Assembly: GCA_918797485.1 (NCBI GenBank)
Contig: CAKKNE010000004.1
Coordinates: 4,650,001-4,714,000 of the forward strand
Source of the DNA: Pelagomonas calceolata
Lineage: Eukaryota
Direction: 5' to 3'
DNA: 64,000 nucleotides
Part shown: piece by piece, positions 18,567 to 28,752 of the stretch
Layout: every line of letters begins with the position of its first letter
Numbering within the stretch: position 1 is the stretch's first letter
Program-made: the position numbers and the translations under genes
Notes under the pieces: model-generated
Databases searched by the model: none
Told to the model about the DNA's origin: nothing
Seen by the model: only the letters and a program-made list of their open reading frames with translations

Positions 18567-19385
18567 ATGGCGACCCAGCCTCCGCCGGCGCCGCGCAAGA
18601 CCAGAAGGTCCAAGACGGTCCTGAGCCCAGTCCCCACGGAGATCCCGGACGGCGCCATCATGGTGCACTCGACTGATTCCACCATCGCGGTCCCGAGCCA
18701 CGGCGGCGACTCGGTCGCCCAGCGCGTGAAAAGCGCGAACCCGAAGCGGCCGACGATGGCCGCCATCCAAGCATTGCAGGGCCGCAGCGCGGGCGCGCAG
18801 CGCGAGATCGAGGCGGCGGCGCCGCCGCGGCGGAAACGCGGCGCGGGCACGCCCGCCAGCTGCCGCCGCGCGCCGAAGAAGAAGACGCCCTTGTCTCGGG
18901 ACGAGGAAACGCTCAAGCTCTTCCCGAATGGGCCGAAGACGCTGACGCCGCCGCGGCCCCTCGAGCCGGTTGAGTGGAACGGCGATTTATGGTGCCCATT
19001 CTGCTTGAACCAGGCGAAAAAGCTCTGTTACAAGATACCTCGGGCGAAGCCGAAGCCTTACGTTGAGGATGGAAGGGGCAAGGCACGGCACATTCCTACT
19101 GGTCGCTTGCAGCCGCACTGGCATGCACCGACCTTCAGTCGACATCTCACGGAGGAGCATGAATTTCCGCCGACGGGGAATACAAGGGGGGGTCGACAAA
19201 AGGGAGACGGCAAGGGTTCCAAAGCCGGCGGGAACCCGGGTTCGGTTGGGTTCTGGCAGGATCCCCGCTGCGCCCTCGGCTTTAAAGCCGGCGGGAACCC
19301 GCCCACTGTCAAACGGTGGCGCTTTATATACCGTCTAGGCTGGAGGCTGAGAGATGTGATACGGTCGCGGCATGCGTGTGGGTAA
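18567..19385 (+). CDS. Basic uncharacterised protein with possible atypical C2H2 zinc finger
   Basis: ATG in AAAATGG context; K/R-rich N-half; WCPFC...FSRHLTEEH. The 3' end is of uncertain coding status. Confidence 0.5.
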   Translation: MATQPPPAPRKTRRSKTVLSPVPTEIPDGAIMVHSTDSTIAVPSHGGDSVAQRVKSANPKRPTMAAIQALQGRSAGAQREIEAAAPPRRKRGAGTPASCRRAPKKKTPLSRDEETLKLFPNGPKTLTPPRPLEPVEWNGDLWCPFCLNQAKKLCYKIPRAKPKPYVEDGRGKARHIPTGRLQPHWHAPTFSRHLTEEHEFPPTGNTRGGRQKGDGKGSKAGGNPGSVGFWQDPRCALGFKAGGNPPTVKRWRFIYRLGWRLRDVIRSRHACG

Positions 19386-19472
19386 GTTTAATGTCCCGGG
19401 CCGCCCTAGGAATTGTTGGGGAAATTTCTAAAGTTCAATTCTAGAGTGACTCGGATGTGTTTGTGTTCACAG

Positions 19473-21278
19473 TCAAAACTCCTTACCACCCTTCACTTTC
19501 CAAGGCGCCGCGAGCCGAGGCCCCTTCCGTCGCGGCGGCGGCGTGGCATGCATGCACACTGGCATATGCGGGAACGGCGCGTAGGGCGTCGCGCTTCCCT
19601 CGCACGAGCCGCCCTCCTGCACACAATCGCCCTTCGAGTAGTCCCGCGGCGGCGCGGCGAGGAACGCGTCGACGAGTCCCTGGAACCGGGGCAGCGCGTC
19701 GACGAGCTTCTCGCTGAGATCGTTGCGCTCATGCGGGTCGCGCGTCAGGTTATAGAGCGCCGGCTTCGTGCGCTGGCTCTGGACCTTCAGGAAGTCGATA
19801 TATTTGAGGCCCTCCGTGCGGACGATGCCGTGGCCGCGCTGCGTGACCCAGGCAGCGACGCGCTCGTGCGCGATCCGTCGTTGTGAATTATCTCCAGTCA
19901 ACGTGGGCCAGTGGTCGACGCCGTCGAAGAGCCTGGCGCCCGGTACGTCGCGACCGGCCGCGTCCCACGACGGCTGCAGCGGCGGCCACGCGCGCCCCGC
20001 TTCGGGATAGGGCACCATTGCCGCGCTCAGAAAAGTCGCATGGAAGTCTGCGCCGTTAAAAAACACATCCTCCCGCTTGTTCGCCGGGATCGTGCCCGGC
20101 ATCCAGAAGATGCAAGGCACGGCGGTCCCGCCCTCGTAGGGCGACCGCTTGCGGCCGCGGAACGGCCGCGCGTGCCCGACGCCCTCCTCGGGCCCGTTGT
20201 CAGAGGTGAAGACTGCGAGTGTTGAACCATCCAGCTCGTCAAGGACTGCGCCGACGCCGGCGTCCAACGCCCGGACCTGTGCGTAAATCAACCGTGAGTC
20301 GGGTGCTCGATGGCGTCAGGAGGGAGCCATGAATTTGATTTGTGCACTGGCCTGGACGACCGAGTCGTACTCTGGTGAATATTTGACGACGTCGCCGCCG
20401 GGCCACCGGAAGACGCGGCCCGACCGGTCGCGCGGCGCCCGCTCACCATCGAAGAACGGCGCGATGGGCTCTACTGGCAGGTGCGGCGCGTTGAACCAGA
20501 CGTCGGCGAAGAAGCGTTGTTTCTGCTGGCGGATCCACGCCACCGCCTCGTCCGCCGTCCGCTTCGTCAGATCCATGGCCCTCGGCACCGGTTTCATATG
20601 CCCCGGCCGAAATTCGTGCCACCACTCGCTCTGGCGGCTGTACATGTTCCCGCACATGCGACAGGTGCGGCGGCCCGTAGTCGGGTCCCGGTACTCGGGA
20701 TCGACGTGCGTCGCGTTGTCCCAGGGGTTAGGTGCGCAGCACGAACAACAGACCGGCGGGTCACGGATGGACGCCTCGACCTGGTCGAGATGGACGTCGT
20801 AGCCATGCTCGTTCGGCCCAGGTGGGCCGGCACCCCGATGGCACCGGCCCGCGGCCCGGTCCGCACGCGCGCGCTGCGAGACGCCGCCGAGATGCCACTT
20901 CCCGAAATGCGCCGTCGCGAAGCCGGCGGCCTGCAGCGACCGCGCCGTCGTCGGCGCGCGGGGCAGACCGCGGAAGCCGTCCTTGAGCAGGCCGCTGAGG
21001 CGGTAGCGCCAGGGGAAAACGCCCGTGGCAATAGCCAAGCGTGACGGCGAGCAGACGCTCGCGGCGTTGCGGTAGCCGGTGAGCGTGAGGCCCTCGCGCG
21101 CCATGCGTTCTAGGTTTGGTGTCTCCGTGACCCAGAGCGCGGCTTTTTTATGCGGCGGTACGGACACGTCGGCCCAGCCCAAATCATCAGCGAGCAGCAT
21201 GACGACGTTCTCGGCGCGTTGTTTCGCACCGGTACCGGCCGCCAGCCAAAGCGCGAGCAACGCCTTGTGCGAAGGCAT
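19473..21278 (-). CDS. Secreted formylglycine-dependent (S1) sulfatase; exons 21278-20358 and 20276-19473 (~574 aa)
   Basis: Signal peptide, LADDLG, CSPSR (CxPxR), GKWHLG, APHLP, FTSDNG, YEGG..VP and LYNLTRDPHE. An 81-nt stop-containing intron joins the two ORFs. Confidence 0.9.
20277..20349 (-). mobile_element. Introner element, short diverged copy (intron 20357-20277, 81 nt)
   Basis: Ends CTGTGCGTAAATCAACC / TTGATTTGTGCACTG. TSD GCCCGGAC (20269-20276) vs GCCTGGAC (20350-20357). GT-AG on the minus strand. Confidence 0.85.
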
Positions 21279-21501
21279 GGCGTCGCGTCGCGTCGACGGC
21301 GTATGGGGCTGCCCCAAGAGTGCTACAGCTTTACTACCGATGGCAGGGCCGCATTCTTTCGCATCGATGGAAGCGCACGAAGCGCAGCATGGCTGAGCGC
21401 TGCAAATTCTGCTGCGGCGTCAACTATGGGCTGCGTGCGCCGGTGCCGCGCGCCGCGCTCCGATCACCAGGGCTCGGGTTTTGTCAGATTTTTTTACACC
21501 C

Positions 21502-24500
21502 CTATGAGTGCCGCGGCGGTTTGTTCTCCTTCGCACGACCCTTTGAGGATTTTTTCGACTTGCCTCCGCGCCCGTCCGCCAGCAACCGCGAAAACGCGTC
21601 GGCGTCGAAGGCGGGCTCCGTCCGCGCGTAGGCGACGCGGATCGCCCGCGCCGCCGCGTCGTCCAAATCCTCGTAACCCAGGCCCTGCAATGCTGCCCGC
21701 AGCTGCGGCTGCGTCAGCGAGGAAGCGACGCCGCCCTCGGCCGGCGGCGCGTGCTTCAGACACAACCCCTGCCAGAAGGAGGCGTCGTCCTCGCCCGAGG
21801 CCTTGACGGCCCGCGCGGCGAGCTTGGAAGCCTTCTGTTTCAGGCGGTGCAGCTTCGTCGGGTTGAGCCAGGAACAGAAGGTCACGTAGTCCACGCGCTC
21901 GGGCACGCCCCAGATGGCCTGGACCAGCTCCCAGGGCACGTCCAAGGTGCTGCCCGTTTTCTGCGCCACCTTTTCGAGCGTCGCTCGGAACTTCCGCAGA
22001 CTGATGGACCCGTCGCCGTTCGTGTCGTATTTCCGAAACAATTGCTCGTCGAGCTGCGTCACGTCGTAGCGCGTCGCCTGGACGACGCCGCGGACGTCGC
22101 GCCACAAACTTCCAAGTCGCTCGCCGCCAGGAACTAAACCGCGCGCGAAGACCACGGCGTCCTGCGGCGGCACGGCGCCGTCCCCGTCGATGTCGACGGC
22201 CGTCAGAATCGCCGCGAGGACTTGGGGAGCCGGGTCCGGGTGGCCGATCTTCTTCGCCAGCTTTCTGAGACCAGTCGCGGACACCCTCCCCCCGAGTTCC
22301 TCCTCCGCGACCTTGGCCAGCAAATCTTCCAACTGCTCGACACTACCGAGCGCGGCCCGGAAGCCCTCGACGGCCGCGTCGCTCGTGGCGCCGTCCATCG
22401 TCTCGGTCGCCGGCCGCGCGGACCCCGGCCGCGACCCGCCCTTGTTCGACGCCGACTCGGGCCGCGTCCGGGCGCTCCCGGGCCGCTCGCGCGCGCTGCC
22501 CGGCCGGCCCGACTGGGGCCGCCCGGACATGGGCCGCTTCTGTTGCGTCGACGCCGGCTGGAACTCCTCGCGCGCCGGCGCGGGCTCCTCCTCTTCAGCT
22601 GCCTTGGCCATGTTCGCCGCGCGGGCGTCCGCGATTTCTTTTTCCAGCCGTTCCTGCTCGGCGCGCTCGGCGGCCGCGGCGGCCGCGCGCTCCTTCTCCT
22701 CCTGCTCCGCGCGCTCGCGCTCCGCCGCCGCCTCGCGCTCCGCCGCATCATCATCGTCCTCCTCGGCCTCCTCGGCGTCTGGCGCAGCGGCGTCGTCCTC
22801 GCCGGCGAAGTCGTCGCCGTAGGACGCGGCGTCCTCCTCCTCCTCGGCTTCAGGCTCCTCGGGCTCTGCTTCCGGTTCGGGCTCGGGTTCAGGCTCCGGC
22901 TCCGGCTCGGGCTCGGGATCAGGCTCGGGCTCCGGCGTCGGCGCGCGCGGCGCAGACTCTTCGAAGGTAAAAGCATTAGCGAAGGTCTCGTTGCCCGCCT
23001 CCCGTTGTTTATCGACGAACTCGTCGAAGGTCGGCACCACCAATTCATGATCGGGCGCCGGCCGGTGGTCCGATGCCCACGCCCACGGCACGTCCGCCGA
23101 ATCTGAGGCCCACGGCGCACCATTCTCGCGTTCCTCGTCTGCCAATTCGGCAGTAGGCACGCCTGCTCTTTTAACAAAGTCGACGACCGCTCGTTGTATT
23201 TTCTGGGAAGAAGGAAACGTTCGCAACTGCAGCTTCGAGAAGATGACCCCGACCTTGGCCGGCACGTCGTCGAAGAAGCGCACGGCGATCTGCACCTCCA
23301 AGGCGCCCATGCCCACCTTGACGCCAGCTTTCCTTTCTTTTTCCGTCTTCGCGCCCTCGACGATCTTGACCATTGAACCGCAGCGCACGCCCCACCCTTC
23401 TAGAGCTTCGACGGCGGCATTCGCGGCCTTGTCCGCTTCTGCTCTGTACTTATTGGGATCATGTCTAGTAGACATCTGCTCGCCTTGGTTGGGCGCCGCC
23501 TCGACAGAAACCAGACAGTCCCACGCATGAAGCTGATCATATTCTGCCCATAACCGCACAGGCGGTTTGGGCAACTCGGAAAACTTCTGCCTGGGCGGCT
23601 CGTGGGGCCGCGCTTCGCTGAAGTGGCCTTTTTCTATCAGTCTAACATATCTTTCCTTCTCGAGGTCCTTGAGCGTTTGCGACACCTTCTGTTCGTAGTC
23701 CCTGACATGTCGCTTGATGCTTGTAGTAGGGTAGCCCGGCTCGTCCCGATAAGTCTTCCTTTTGACTTGTTCCTTAAAATCACCGAACTTGTGCCGCGAG
23801 TCGTACTTCACGAGGAACCTCGTTCGTCTCTCACTATTCCGTTCGGTGGGCGAGTAGGTGTTCGCGTACTTCGGTCTTGGAACTTTCGCGCCGCTCGTCG
23901 CCAATCGAGCGCCGGACTCGCGTTGCGCCTTTTTTGTCCATTTCGTCGCCGTGCGTGTCAGACCCTTGGGCGAGCCCATCATGCCCAGGCCCGCATTGGT
24001 GGTCGCCCAGCGCGACGCGTGTGTCTCGTTCTGCACGCCTCTCCTTTTTTGTAATTCTAAATACTCGTCGGGCGAGACCCGTCGCCCCGTCGCCGCGTCT
24101 ATCACATGCTTCGATGATCTCTTACGAGTGTCGCCTCGCACGACCACCTTGAACACGGGTTTGAGCGGCGCCTCGCGCCGATGGCCGTCCTCCACTGCTT
24201 GCCTTACGTGTCGCAACGCACTTCCGACGGACGGCGGCCGGACGGGCCAGACCGGGCCTCTGGAAGGCGCATTGAAGCGGTCGTCCCAGGCCTTGCGCCG
24301 CGACGACGCCCCGGCGCTGTGGGGCCGCGTTTTCATTGTGGGTGAGGCCGAGGCCTTCGGGATCGCCGAGGCCGGCCGGCGCACCTTCCTTTTCCTCTTA
24401 GATTTCACACGTTTCGGCGCAATCTTCTCGAGCTGGTGCTCCAGCGTGGCTACTTTTCTCATGAGCGCCGCGATGCGCCTTTTGTCCCGGTGCCGGTCTT

Positions 24501-25077
24501 CCTCCACGACTTCCCTCTGTTTGGTATACGAGTGTTGCGACGACCGCTTCACGAACGTCGACGCCGGCGTCGCCCGGGCCTTCGCGAGGGCCTGCGGCGA
24601 CGGCGCCTTGTCGACCGTCGGGCGCTTGGGCTTCCGCTTCACGACGGCCGACGGCGGCCGTTTCTGGGGTTCCGACTTCTCCGACGGATTTAAGGAAGCG
24701 AAGTCGTCCCCATAATCCGATTGAGAGGCCTCCTCCTCCTGCTGGGCCGCAGCCTCCATTTTTTTTTGCTGCGCCGCGGCCTCGGCGGCCTGCAGGCCCT
24801 TCTCGAACTCGTCCTCTTCGCTGTCCGCGTCGTCGTCGACGATGGACAGGTCGTCTTTGTCATCTGCTACAAAGTCATCCGCATATTGGTCTTCCTTTTT
24901 CGCGTCGTAGGGCCTATCACTAACCCCGAAGTCGTCCTCATACTCATCGTTGTCGGCGACGGGCGTCGCGATGGGGTCCGGCGGCGCCTCGGCCTCGCCG
25001 AAGTCGTCGTCGTAATTGTCGTCACTGTCTACGTCGCTGTAGTCGTCGTCTTGCACGGGGCTGTCCGCGACCTCCAT
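21502..25077 (-). CDS. Large low-complexity protein with C-terminal EF-hands (possibly cytoskeletal/flagellar)
   Basis: 1191-aa ORF with acidic YxDDF repeats, an EP tract, coiled coil, RPxSA repeats and EF loops DIDGDGAV and DTNGDGSIS. Confidence 0.75.
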   Translation of the reverse strand: MEVADSPVQDDDYSDVDSDDNYDDDFGEAEAPPDPIATPVADNDEYEDDFGVSDRPYDAKKEDQYADDFVADDKDDLSIVDDDADSEEDEFEKGLQAAEAAAQQKKMEAAAQQEEEASQSDYGDDFASLNPSEKSEPQKRPPSAVVKRKPKRPTVDKAPSPQALAKARATPASTFVKRSSQHSYTKQREVVEEDRHRDKRRIAALMRKVATLEHQLEKIAPKRVKSKRKRKVRRPASAIPKASASPTMKTRPHSAGASSRRKAWDDRFNAPSRGPVWPVRPPSVGSALRHVRQAVEDGHRREAPLKPVFKVVVRGDTRKRSSKHVIDAATGRRVSPDEYLELQKRRGVQNETHASRWATTNAGLGMMGSPKGLTRTATKWTKKAQRESGARLATSGAKVPRPKYANTYSPTERNSERRTRFLVKYDSRHKFGDFKEQVKRKTYRDEPGYPTTSIKRHVRDYEQKVSQTLKDLEKERYVRLIEKGHFSEARPHEPPRQKFSELPKPPVRLWAEYDQLHAWDCLVSVEAAPNQGEQMSTRHDPNKYRAEADKAANAAVEALEGWGVRCGSMVKIVEGAKTEKERKAGVKVGMGALEVQIAVRFFDDVPAKVGVIFSKLQLRTFPSSQKIQRAVVDFVKRAGVPTAELADEERENGAPWASDSADVPWAWASDHRPAPDHELVVPTFDEFVDKQREAGNETFANAFTFEESAPRAPTPEPEPDPEPEPEPEPEPEPEPEAEPEEPEAEEEEDAASYGDDFAGEDDAAAPDAEEAEEDDDDAAEREAAAERERAEQEEKERAAAAAAERAEQERLEKEIADARAANMAKAAEEEEPAPAREEFQPASTQQKRPMSGRPQSGRPGSARERPGSARTRPESASNKGGSRPGSARPATETMDGATSDAAVEGFRAALGSVEQLEDLLAKVAEEELGGRVSATGLRKLAKKIGHPDPAPQVLAAILTAVDIDGDGAVPPQDAVVFARGLVPGGERLGSLWRDVRGVVQATRYDVTQLDEQLFRKYDTNGDGSISLRKFRATLEKVAQKTGSTLDVPWELVQAIWGVPERVDYVTFCSWLNPTKLHRLKQKASKLAARAVKASGEDDASFWQGLCLKHAPPAEGGVASSLTQPQLRAALQGLGYEDLDDAAARAIRVAYARTEPAFDADAFSRLLADGRGGKSKKSSKGRAKENKPPRHS

Positions 25078-25517
25078 GGCAGCTTGTGTGCGCGGCCGCG
25101 GGCTGCGCTTGCTGCTGCCGCGCGGCTCGCGGGCTGCGTGGAGTCCACGCGGGCTGCCTGCTCGTGAGGCGCGCCGCGTTTGTCTGCCAAGCCGTCGCGC
25201 AGCGCCGCCAGTTTGGCGCTGCGCTGCGCAGCGGCCGATCGACCGCGCATCGCTCTCGCCGGTCGATCGATCCCTGCGAGACTTCTCTAGGACCTGGGGG
25301 AAGCGTGATGGCGGACCATGTTAGGTACGGGGTCACCCAAGCTTGGCTTGGCGCGCGCGGCCGAAAAAGCTGCCCCCTGACACCTGCCGCAACTTCCAGC
25401 CGGTGCGAGTCGCGCCTTGCAATCCCAAGCCGTGGCTGCCAAACCAGGTGCAACGCCAGCCGCCGTGGCAACAAGCAAAGGCTGCCCGCGATCCGCCCAG
25501 CACCAAACACAAGAACC

Positions 25518-26579
25518 ATGGCCGCCCAGCTCCTCAGCACGAACAACGAGCCACCGACAAAAATCCAGGCGACCGAGGAACCGCTGGAGAAGCCGACGCG
25601 GCCGCCGCCGCCGAGCCCCGTCAAGAACGATTACAAGCTGGTCTGGGCCGACGAGTTCGATTACGAAGGGCTCCCCCATCCCAAGCGCTGGGGCTACCAG
25701 GTCGAGGCGAACAACTGGGTCCACGACCGGAACCATAATGAACAACAGTGGTACATGGCGTCTCGCAGGGAGAACTCCTACGTGAGCGGTGGCACGCTCA
25801 AAATCATCGCCAGACGGGAGGACTGGATCGGGAAACCCTATACCTCCGCTAGAATACGGACGCGGGGCAAGGGAGATTGGGTCTACGGCAAGCTTTTGGT
25901 GAGAGCCAAACTCCCGGCGGGCAAGCCGGGCATCTGGCCGGCCATCTGGATGATGCCCACCGATCAAAAATACGGGAGCTGGCCGAACAGCGGCGAGATC
26001 GACGTCATGGAGAACGTGGGCTGGGCGCCCGGGGTGATCCACAATTCGGTGCACACGGGCGCCTTCAACCATCGGCTGCGGTCGCATAAGCACGCTGAAG
26101 TTGTTGTTGATGATGCGCACAGCGCCTTCCACGTCTACGGCGTCGAGTGGGACGAGGACTCGATCAAATATAGCATAGACGGCCAGCAGACCTTTGAATT
26201 TGTCAATACGAAGAGCGGGAACCCCGCCGAGTGGCCGTTCTCGCAGCGCTTCCATCTCATTCTCAATGTGGCCGTCGGCGGAAATTGGGGCGCGGCTCGC
26301 GGCTTGGACGACACGTGCTTACCGACATGCATGGAGGTCGACTACGTGCGGTTCTACCAGCGGGGCGCGGACATCACGGACGCGCCGCCGCCGCCGCCCG
26401 GGGGAGCGCCGCCGCCCGTCGAGCTGCCGGGCGGCCAGTTCGTCGCGCCGCGGTCGCCGCCCAAGGGCTCGCCGGCGCGGCCGCCGCCGCCCGCGCGGCG
26501 GCCGCCCGCGCCGCCGCCGGGCGCGGCCCCGCCGGCGCAGCCCGTGGCGCCGCCGCCGCTGCCGCCGCCGACGTTCTAA
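25518..26579 (+). CDS. GH16 beta-1,3-glucanase/laminarinase with proline-rich tail
   Basis: LVWADEFD, YTSARI, WPAIWM, catalytic GEIDVME, FHVYGVEW, LNVAVGG, MEVDYVR. No signal peptide seen. Start at ATG 25518 is inferred. Confidence 0.92.
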   Translation: MAAQLLSTNNEPPTKIQATEEPLEKPTRPPPPSPVKNDYKLVWADEFDYEGLPHPKRWGYQVEANNWVHDRNHNEQQWYMASRRENSYVSGGTLKIIARREDWIGKPYTSARIRTRGKGDWVYGKLLVRAKLPAGKPGIWPAIWMMPTDQKYGSWPNSGEIDVMENVGWAPGVIHNSVHTGAFNHRLRSHKHAEVVVDDAHSAFHVYGVEWDEDSIKYSIDGQQTFEFVNTKSGNPAEWPFSQRFHLILNVAVGGNWGAARGLDDTCLPTCMEVDYVRFYQRGADITDAPPPPPGGAPPPVELPGGQFVAPRSPPKGSPARPPPPARRPPAPPPGAAPPAQPVAPPPLPPPTF

Positions 26580-26629
26580 TTATTCTTCTTACCACGAGGA
26601 TACCCCTCCGCAGCGAGCCGTTCGGGAAA

Positions 26630-26656
26630 GCTAGCGGCCTGTAAGACATACTAGCA
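26630..26656 (+). promoter_or_regulatory. Recurrent intergenic motif copy (2-nt insertion)
   Basis: GCTAGCGGCCTGTAAGACATACTAGCA between the GH16 stop and the TGS1 start. Confidence 0.55.
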
Positions 26657-26770
26657 TAAAAATAAGCTGAACAGCGGCGGCTGCATATTCGCATAAATGC
26701 ATGCAGAATGATCTGAACTCGATCACTGGTCATTTCAAAGCACTACCTTCAAGCACTACGCTGTTTGCGC

Positions 26771-28719
26771 ATGAATGCCCTGATGCAAGGGCTCGGCTGC
26801 CTCGGTTGCCTCGACGGCTCCAGCGACGGCGACGCGTGCGAGGCGCCCGCGCCCCAGCCGCTGGCAGCACCAGCACGCGTCGTCGAGACGGAGCTGCGCG
26901 CCAGGGACGACGGCACGCGCAACTACCGCCTCGAGCGGCGCGCCGTCGCGTGGGCGTGCGAGGACGCCGTGCGGCGCTGCGCGAACGCTGCCGTCGACGC
27001 GGCGCTCGACGAATCGCTGCGCGACGCCCTCGACGCGCGGCTCGGGCTCAAGGACGAGATGGCGGCCTGCGGCCTCGCCGAGGGCGAGCTGCCCCTCGCG
27101 TTCGGGTCGTCGCGCCGGCCGCGGCGCCAGCCCAAGAAGAAGAAGCGCAAGAAGGCGCCGGGCCCGTCGCGCCTCGCCGACGCGCCGAACCCGCAGCGCG
27201 GCGTCGACGACAAGTACTGGGCCCAGCGCTTCCACTACTTCTCGCTCTACGACTGCGGCATTCAGTTGGATGCCGAGAGCTGGTACTCGGTCACGCCCGA
27301 GAAGATCGCGCTGGCCATCGCGGCGCGGTGCCGGCCGACGGACGTGGTGGTGGACGCGTTCTGCGGCTGCGGCGGCAACGCCATCGCGCTCGCGCGGCGC
27401 TGCCGCCACGTGATCGCCATCGACATCGACGCGGCGAAGGTCGAGAAGGCGCGGCGCAACGCGCGCATCTACGGCGTGGCCGTGGACTTCGTGGTCGGCG
27501 ACGCTTTGGTACTGTTGAAGACGCTCCGGGCGGACGTGTGCTTCCTGAGCCCGCCGTGGGGCGGGCCCGGCTACGGCGAAGACTTCCGGCTCGAGGCGAT
27601 CGACGTCCAGGGCGTCGATGGGTTTGGATTACTGCGGCTGGCGGCGGCGTGCGCCCCGCGCGTGGCCTACTACCTGCCGCGGACGCTGTCCGTGAAGGAG
27701 GCGGCGCGCCTCGCGCCCATCGTCGAGGTCGAGAGCCAGTACCTCAATGACAAGCTCAAGGCGAAGACGGTGTACATCGGCTTCGAGGAGGCGGTGCCCG
27801 TGGTCGCGTCCCTCGACGGGGTCGCCGACGCTCTATCAACGATCGGCTGCGCCCAGCTCCTCGTGGACGACGACCTGCGCGCACACAACGCCGCGGCATC
27901 AGAGCTGTGGCACGCGTTCTTTGCCGCGGACGAGGCGCACCGCCGCCAATTCGCGCTGGCCGATGGCGCGGACAGCGGCGGCTACCACTCTTCTGGAATG
28001 CTCGGCCGCTACAACGCGCACCGGTCGGGCGTCATCTACGAACATGATGAGGCGGTGCCTCAGCTCGTTGAGGGCGTGGCCTTCGTCGAGCGCGTCGAGG
28101 CCTGGCGCGGGGCCGTGACGGCGCTCGCGCGCGACGTGCTCGGGGCCGTCGCCGCGCGGCGCGGAGCGCCGGCCGATATGTTCGCGGCGGGCGGCGCCTT
28201 CGACGCGCGCGCGGCGGGGCGGTTTCATGTCAAGAGGACGCACGCCGGCGCCGCGCGCGTGCTGCTGCCGGCGCACCGCGACCCGAGCACGCTGAGCCTT
28301 ATTGTGCACTTCTCGGCGCCGCCGACGGGCCTCGAGGTGCGGACGCCGCGCGGCTGGGCGCGCTGCGCGCGCACGGGGCCCGGCGTCGTCACGGTCCTCG
28401 CGGGCTCCGTCCTCGCGGCGGCGCTGCCCGGGGTCCCGGCCTGCGTGGAATCAAAATTTCACAGCGCCTACTCGATGGCGTGGCGGCGCCGATACCTCGC
28501 CGCTCGCACTGATTGGTTTCCACACAGATCCCGGCGCCGACGCACCGCGTCGTCGCGGACTGGGAAGAGGACGACCGGAGCCCCCGCCTCGCGGCGACGT
28601 TCTTCTGCGAGCCCCGGCCGGACGCGCGCATGGCCGACGTCGCCGGCGACACGTCCGACGCGCCGACGTACGCGACCTGGCGCGCGCGCAGCTACAAGAA
28701 GTACCTCAAGAAGCCCTAA
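26771..28719 (+). CDS. TGS1: Trimethylguanosine synthase (TGS1) fused to an IPNS/DIOX-type 2OG-Fe(II) oxygenase; exons 26771-28432 and 28528-28719 (~617 aa)
   Basis: TGS1 motifs KYWAQR, ESWYSVTPEKIA, DAFCGCGGN, FLSPPWGGP, YYLPR. Downstream in the same frame: AHRDPSTLSL...GLEV and, after splicing, THRVV...RLAATFF. Confidence 0.82.
28441..28527 (+). mobile_element. Introner element, short copy (intron 28433-28527, 95 nt)
   Basis: Ends CTGCGTGGAATCAAAATTT / TTGGTTTCCACACAG. TSD GTCCCGGC (28433-28440) vs ATCCCGGC (28528-28535). Removal fixes a frameshift. Confidence 0.9.
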
Positions 28720-28752
28720 TGATGTGTCTGTTAAAACTTGGATAATGTCGAA

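Noticed and set aside
19214..19301. 18-bp direct repeat AAAGCCGGCGGGAACCCG with a small hairpin
   Set aside because: Two copies only; compatible with local slippage or an unresolved intron; no function inferable.
11903..19400. Endogenous giant virus or autonomous transposon
   Set aside because: No capsid, polymerase, integrase or transposase motifs recognised, and composition is host-like.
22860..22935. GGCTCG/GGCTCC hexamer array (also the GTC run near 47990-48020)
   Set aside because: Ordinary coding low-complexity tracts (Glu-Pro and poly-Asp).
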